DNA from: an uncultured Christensenella sp.
GTDB lineage: Bacteria; Bacillota; Clostridia; Christensenellales; Borkfalkiaceae
Reading direction: 5' to 3'
NCBI GenBank assembly: GCA_910576655.1
Contig: CAJTJC010000007.1
Location: 17,363 to 81,362, forward strand
Length of the DNA: 64,000 bases
Part shown: piece after piece, positions 62,133 to 64,000 of the stretch
Layout: each line of letters starts with the position of its first letter
Numbering within the stretch: the stretch's first letter is position 1
Program-made: the position numbers and the translations under genes
Notes under the pieces: model-generated
Database searches by the model: none
The model's input: only the letters and a program-made list of their open reading frames with translations
Told to the model about the DNA's origin: nothing

Positions 62133-63260
62133 ATGAAAAAAATTATAAAAATTACGGCAATAACTCTTGCCTCGGTTATCGGACTTGCGATACTTACCGT
62201 AGTCGGCTACGTTATCTACGTTGCGGCTCAGTATTACAGAATAGACGACGGCGTGAAGCTTAGCGTGGACGGAAGCGCAAGCGGCGCGGTAAGCGTCGGC
62301 GGCGAATACACCGTTATGACCTATAACTTAGGCTTCGGCGCGTACTCCCCCGAATATTCCTTCTTTATGGATACGGGCGTAATGAACGACGGCACCGCCG
62401 TCGCGGGCAAATACGCCAAGGGAATGAGCGAGTCCGACGTGCGCAAAAACGTGGACGGTCAGACCGCGCTTGCCGCCGCAAGCGGGTGCGACTTCTATTT
62501 CTTTCAGGAGGTCGACGAAAAGGCGGACAGAAGCTACGGCGTAAATATGAAGGACGCCATGCGCAGCGCGCTGCCCCTCTTATCGACGACGTACGCGAAA
62601 AATTTTCACACCGCAAACCTGTTCTACCCCTTTTCCGACCCGATAGGAAAATCCGAAAGCGGGATACTCACCGCGTCGCGTTTCAAAATAGATAGCTCGG
62701 TGCGCCGCGCGTTCCCGATAACGACCGCTTTCCCCGACAAGTTTTTCGACCTTGACCGTTGCTTTTCGGTAAACTACGTTCCCGTAGAGGGCGGCCGCTA
62801 CCTTACGCTTATAAATTTGCACATGTCGGCTTATGACGAGGGCGGCAAAATCAGGGCGAAGCAGCTGGAAATGCTTAACACCGTGCTGTCGCTCGAATAC
62901 ACCAAAGGCAACTACGTCGTCGCGGGCGGCGACTTCAACCACTGCCTTATAGCGGACAACTTTGCCTCCGACGAGGAAGCGTTAAGCTATTTCCCGAGCG
63001 GGCAAAAGGTTCCCGACTGGGTGAAAAATTCCATACTGCACGAAAACGAAATAGCCGCGGGGTTCAAGATAGCCGCGCCCAAGAACGCGGCAACCTGCCG
63101 CGGAGCGGATATCCCCTACGAAAAGGGAGTCAATTACAGCACCGTAATAGACGGCTTCCTCTATTCGGACAACGTGGAAATAGTTTCCGAGACCGTAGTC
63201 GACACCGAATACGCGTACAGCGACCACAACCCCGTAAAAATCACGTTCAGGCTCAAATAA
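62133..63260 (+). CDS. membrane-anchored endonuclease/exonuclease/phosphatase (EEP) family protein
   Basis: N-terminal TM anchor ITAITLASVIGLAILTVVGYVIYV. EEP motifs VMTYNLGFG, YFFQEVD, LINLHMSAY, AGGDFNH and SDHNPV. Confidence 0.8.
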   Translation: MKKIIKITAITLASVIGLAILTVVGYVIYVAAQYYRIDDGVKLSVDGSASGAVSVGGEYTVMTYNLGFGAYSPEYSFFMDTGVMNDGTAVAGKYAKGMSESDVRKNVDGQTALAAASGCDFYFFQEVDEKADRSYGVNMKDAMRSALPLLSTTYAKNFHTANLFYPFSDPIGKSESGILTASRFKIDSSVRRAFPITTAFPDKFFDLDRCFSVNYVPVEGGRYLTLINLHMSAYDEGGKIRAKQLEMLNTVLSLEYTKGNYVVAGGDFNHCLIADNFASDEEALSYFPSGQKVPDWVKNSILHENEIAAGFKIAAPKNAATCRGADIPYEKGVNYSTVIDGFLYSDNVEIVSETVVDTEYAYSDHNPVKITFRLK

Positions 63261-63262
63261 AA

Positions 63263-63290
63263 AAAGGCGTTCTTTTGAACGCCTTTTTTA
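63263..63290. terminator. bidirectional rho-independent terminator between convergent genes
   Basis: aggcgttc-tttt-gaacgcct (63265-63284), with an A-run upstream and a T-run downstream. Confidence 0.8.
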
Positions 63291-64000
63291 TTATCTGTTT
63301 TTCAGAACCTTTTCGAAATACACGCCGTAGAAGTGTTCCCCGTCCGTCGCCTTAATGCTGTCGCGCACGAACTGCGCCGCGGCGTTGCAGCTGTCCTCGG
63401 GCGAAGCCCCGCCGAGGTAGCTTGCCGTAAACACCGACGCGAATATATCGCCCGTGCCGTGCTTTTTGACGGGCAAAAGCTCGTGCCGAAGCATTTTGCC
63501 GTTCACGTACTCGCCTATCGCCCCGCCGTACTCCGCGCCAGTTATAATCACCTTGCCGTCGGTAAGCGCGCTCAGCTTTTCCGCAAGCCCGCGTACGAAT
63601 TCCTCGCCGTAGTCGGCAACGTAATCGGTACCCGTTAAAAAGCACGCCTCCGTCACGTTGGGCAGAATTATATCCGCGCGCCTTATAAGCTTGCGCATGG
63701 CGGCAACGTAGTTGATATCGAAGCCCGTGTACAGCTTGCCGTTATCGGCGAAAACGGGGTCGATAATTATCGGCGCGCCCGCCTCCGAAAACTCGTCGAA
63801 GCAGCGCTCAGCAACGTCCATAAGCTCCGCCTTGCCGAGATAGCCGAGCAAAAACGCGTCGAACTTAACGCCGTTGTTTTTCCAGTTTTCGAAGATAGCG
63901 GGAATTTCGGGCGTAAGGTCGAGATAGCTCCACCCCTTGAACATCGTATGGTTAGACAGCACGGCGGTGGGCAGTACGCACGTTTCCACGCCGTACGCCG
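63291..64000 (-). CDS. pyridoxal/pyridoxine/pyridoxamine kinase family protein (ribokinase-like), N-terminus outside the window
   Basis: PTAVLSNHT, FDAFLLGYLG, IIDPVFADNGKLY and the GTGDIFASVF anion-hole motif. The frame stays open to the window edge. Confidence 0.75.
   Translation of the reverse strand, partial: AYGVETCVLPTAVLSNHTMFKGWSYLDLTPEIPAIFENWKNNGVKFDAFLLGYLGKAELMDVAERCFDEFSEAGAPIIIDPVFADNGKLYTGFDINYVAAMRKLIRRADIILPNVTEACFLTGTDYVADYGEEFVRGLAEKLSALTDGKVIITGAEYGGAIGEYVNGKMLRHELLPVKKHGTGDIFASVFTASYLGGASPEDSCNAAAQFVRDSIKATDGEHFYGVYFEKVLKNR

Noticed and set aside
1-64000. A search for mobile elements, prophage, defence systems, toxin-antitoxin pairs, tRNA or rRNA genes.
   Set aside because: I could recognise no integrase, transposase, recombinase or phage structural motifs, no terminal inverted repeats and no tRNA-like cloverleaf regions. 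The only large non-coding stretch (57280-57605) is promoter DNA.

Overview
This 64 kb window looks like a monoderm Firmicutes/Clostridia-type chromosome segment: GGAGG-type ribosome-binding sites, many lipobox lipoproteins, GC-rich coding DNA and very AT-rich intergenic DNA. I found no rRNA, tRNA, CRISPR array, transposase, integrase or transcription-factor gene. Coding density is very high, and every gene from 6085 to 57279 is on the minus strand. There are four blocks. (1) 1-6033: a partial hypothetical gene, then divergent operons from back-to-back consensus promoters. One encodes an FAD-dependent dehydrogenase and an NT5C-type nucleotidase fused to a guanylate-kinase-like domain. The other encodes two tandem NrnA-like DHH phosphoesterases and SurE. 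(2) 6085-24948: a roughly 19 kb co-directional nucleic-acid scavenging block. It holds deoC-deoD-deoB-cdd, a lipoprotein 5'-nucleotidase, pdp, tdk, udk, a secreted endonuclease I, a CUT1-type ABC importer, a lipoprotein thermonuclease and an OB-fold lipoprotein. (3) 25077-57279: a roughly 32 kb single-strand array running from one promoter to one terminator. It holds a full Opp peptide importer, a 2513 aa S8 protease fused to BspA-type leucine-rich repeats, and six further lipoproteins of 183 to 2059 aa that are mostly built from domains I cannot assign. (4) 57606-64000: a putative Re-citrate synthase/aconitase/isocitrate dehydrogenase operon, a membrane-anchored EEP-family protein with an apparently leaderless mRNA, and a partial pyridoxal-kinase-family gene. 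The two candidates for undescribed systems are the self-contained extracellular nucleic-acid utilisation locus, whose importer is not of a known nucleoside-transporter type, and the giant lipoprotein/protease/Opp operon. All functional calls come from reading motifs by eye. No database search was run.
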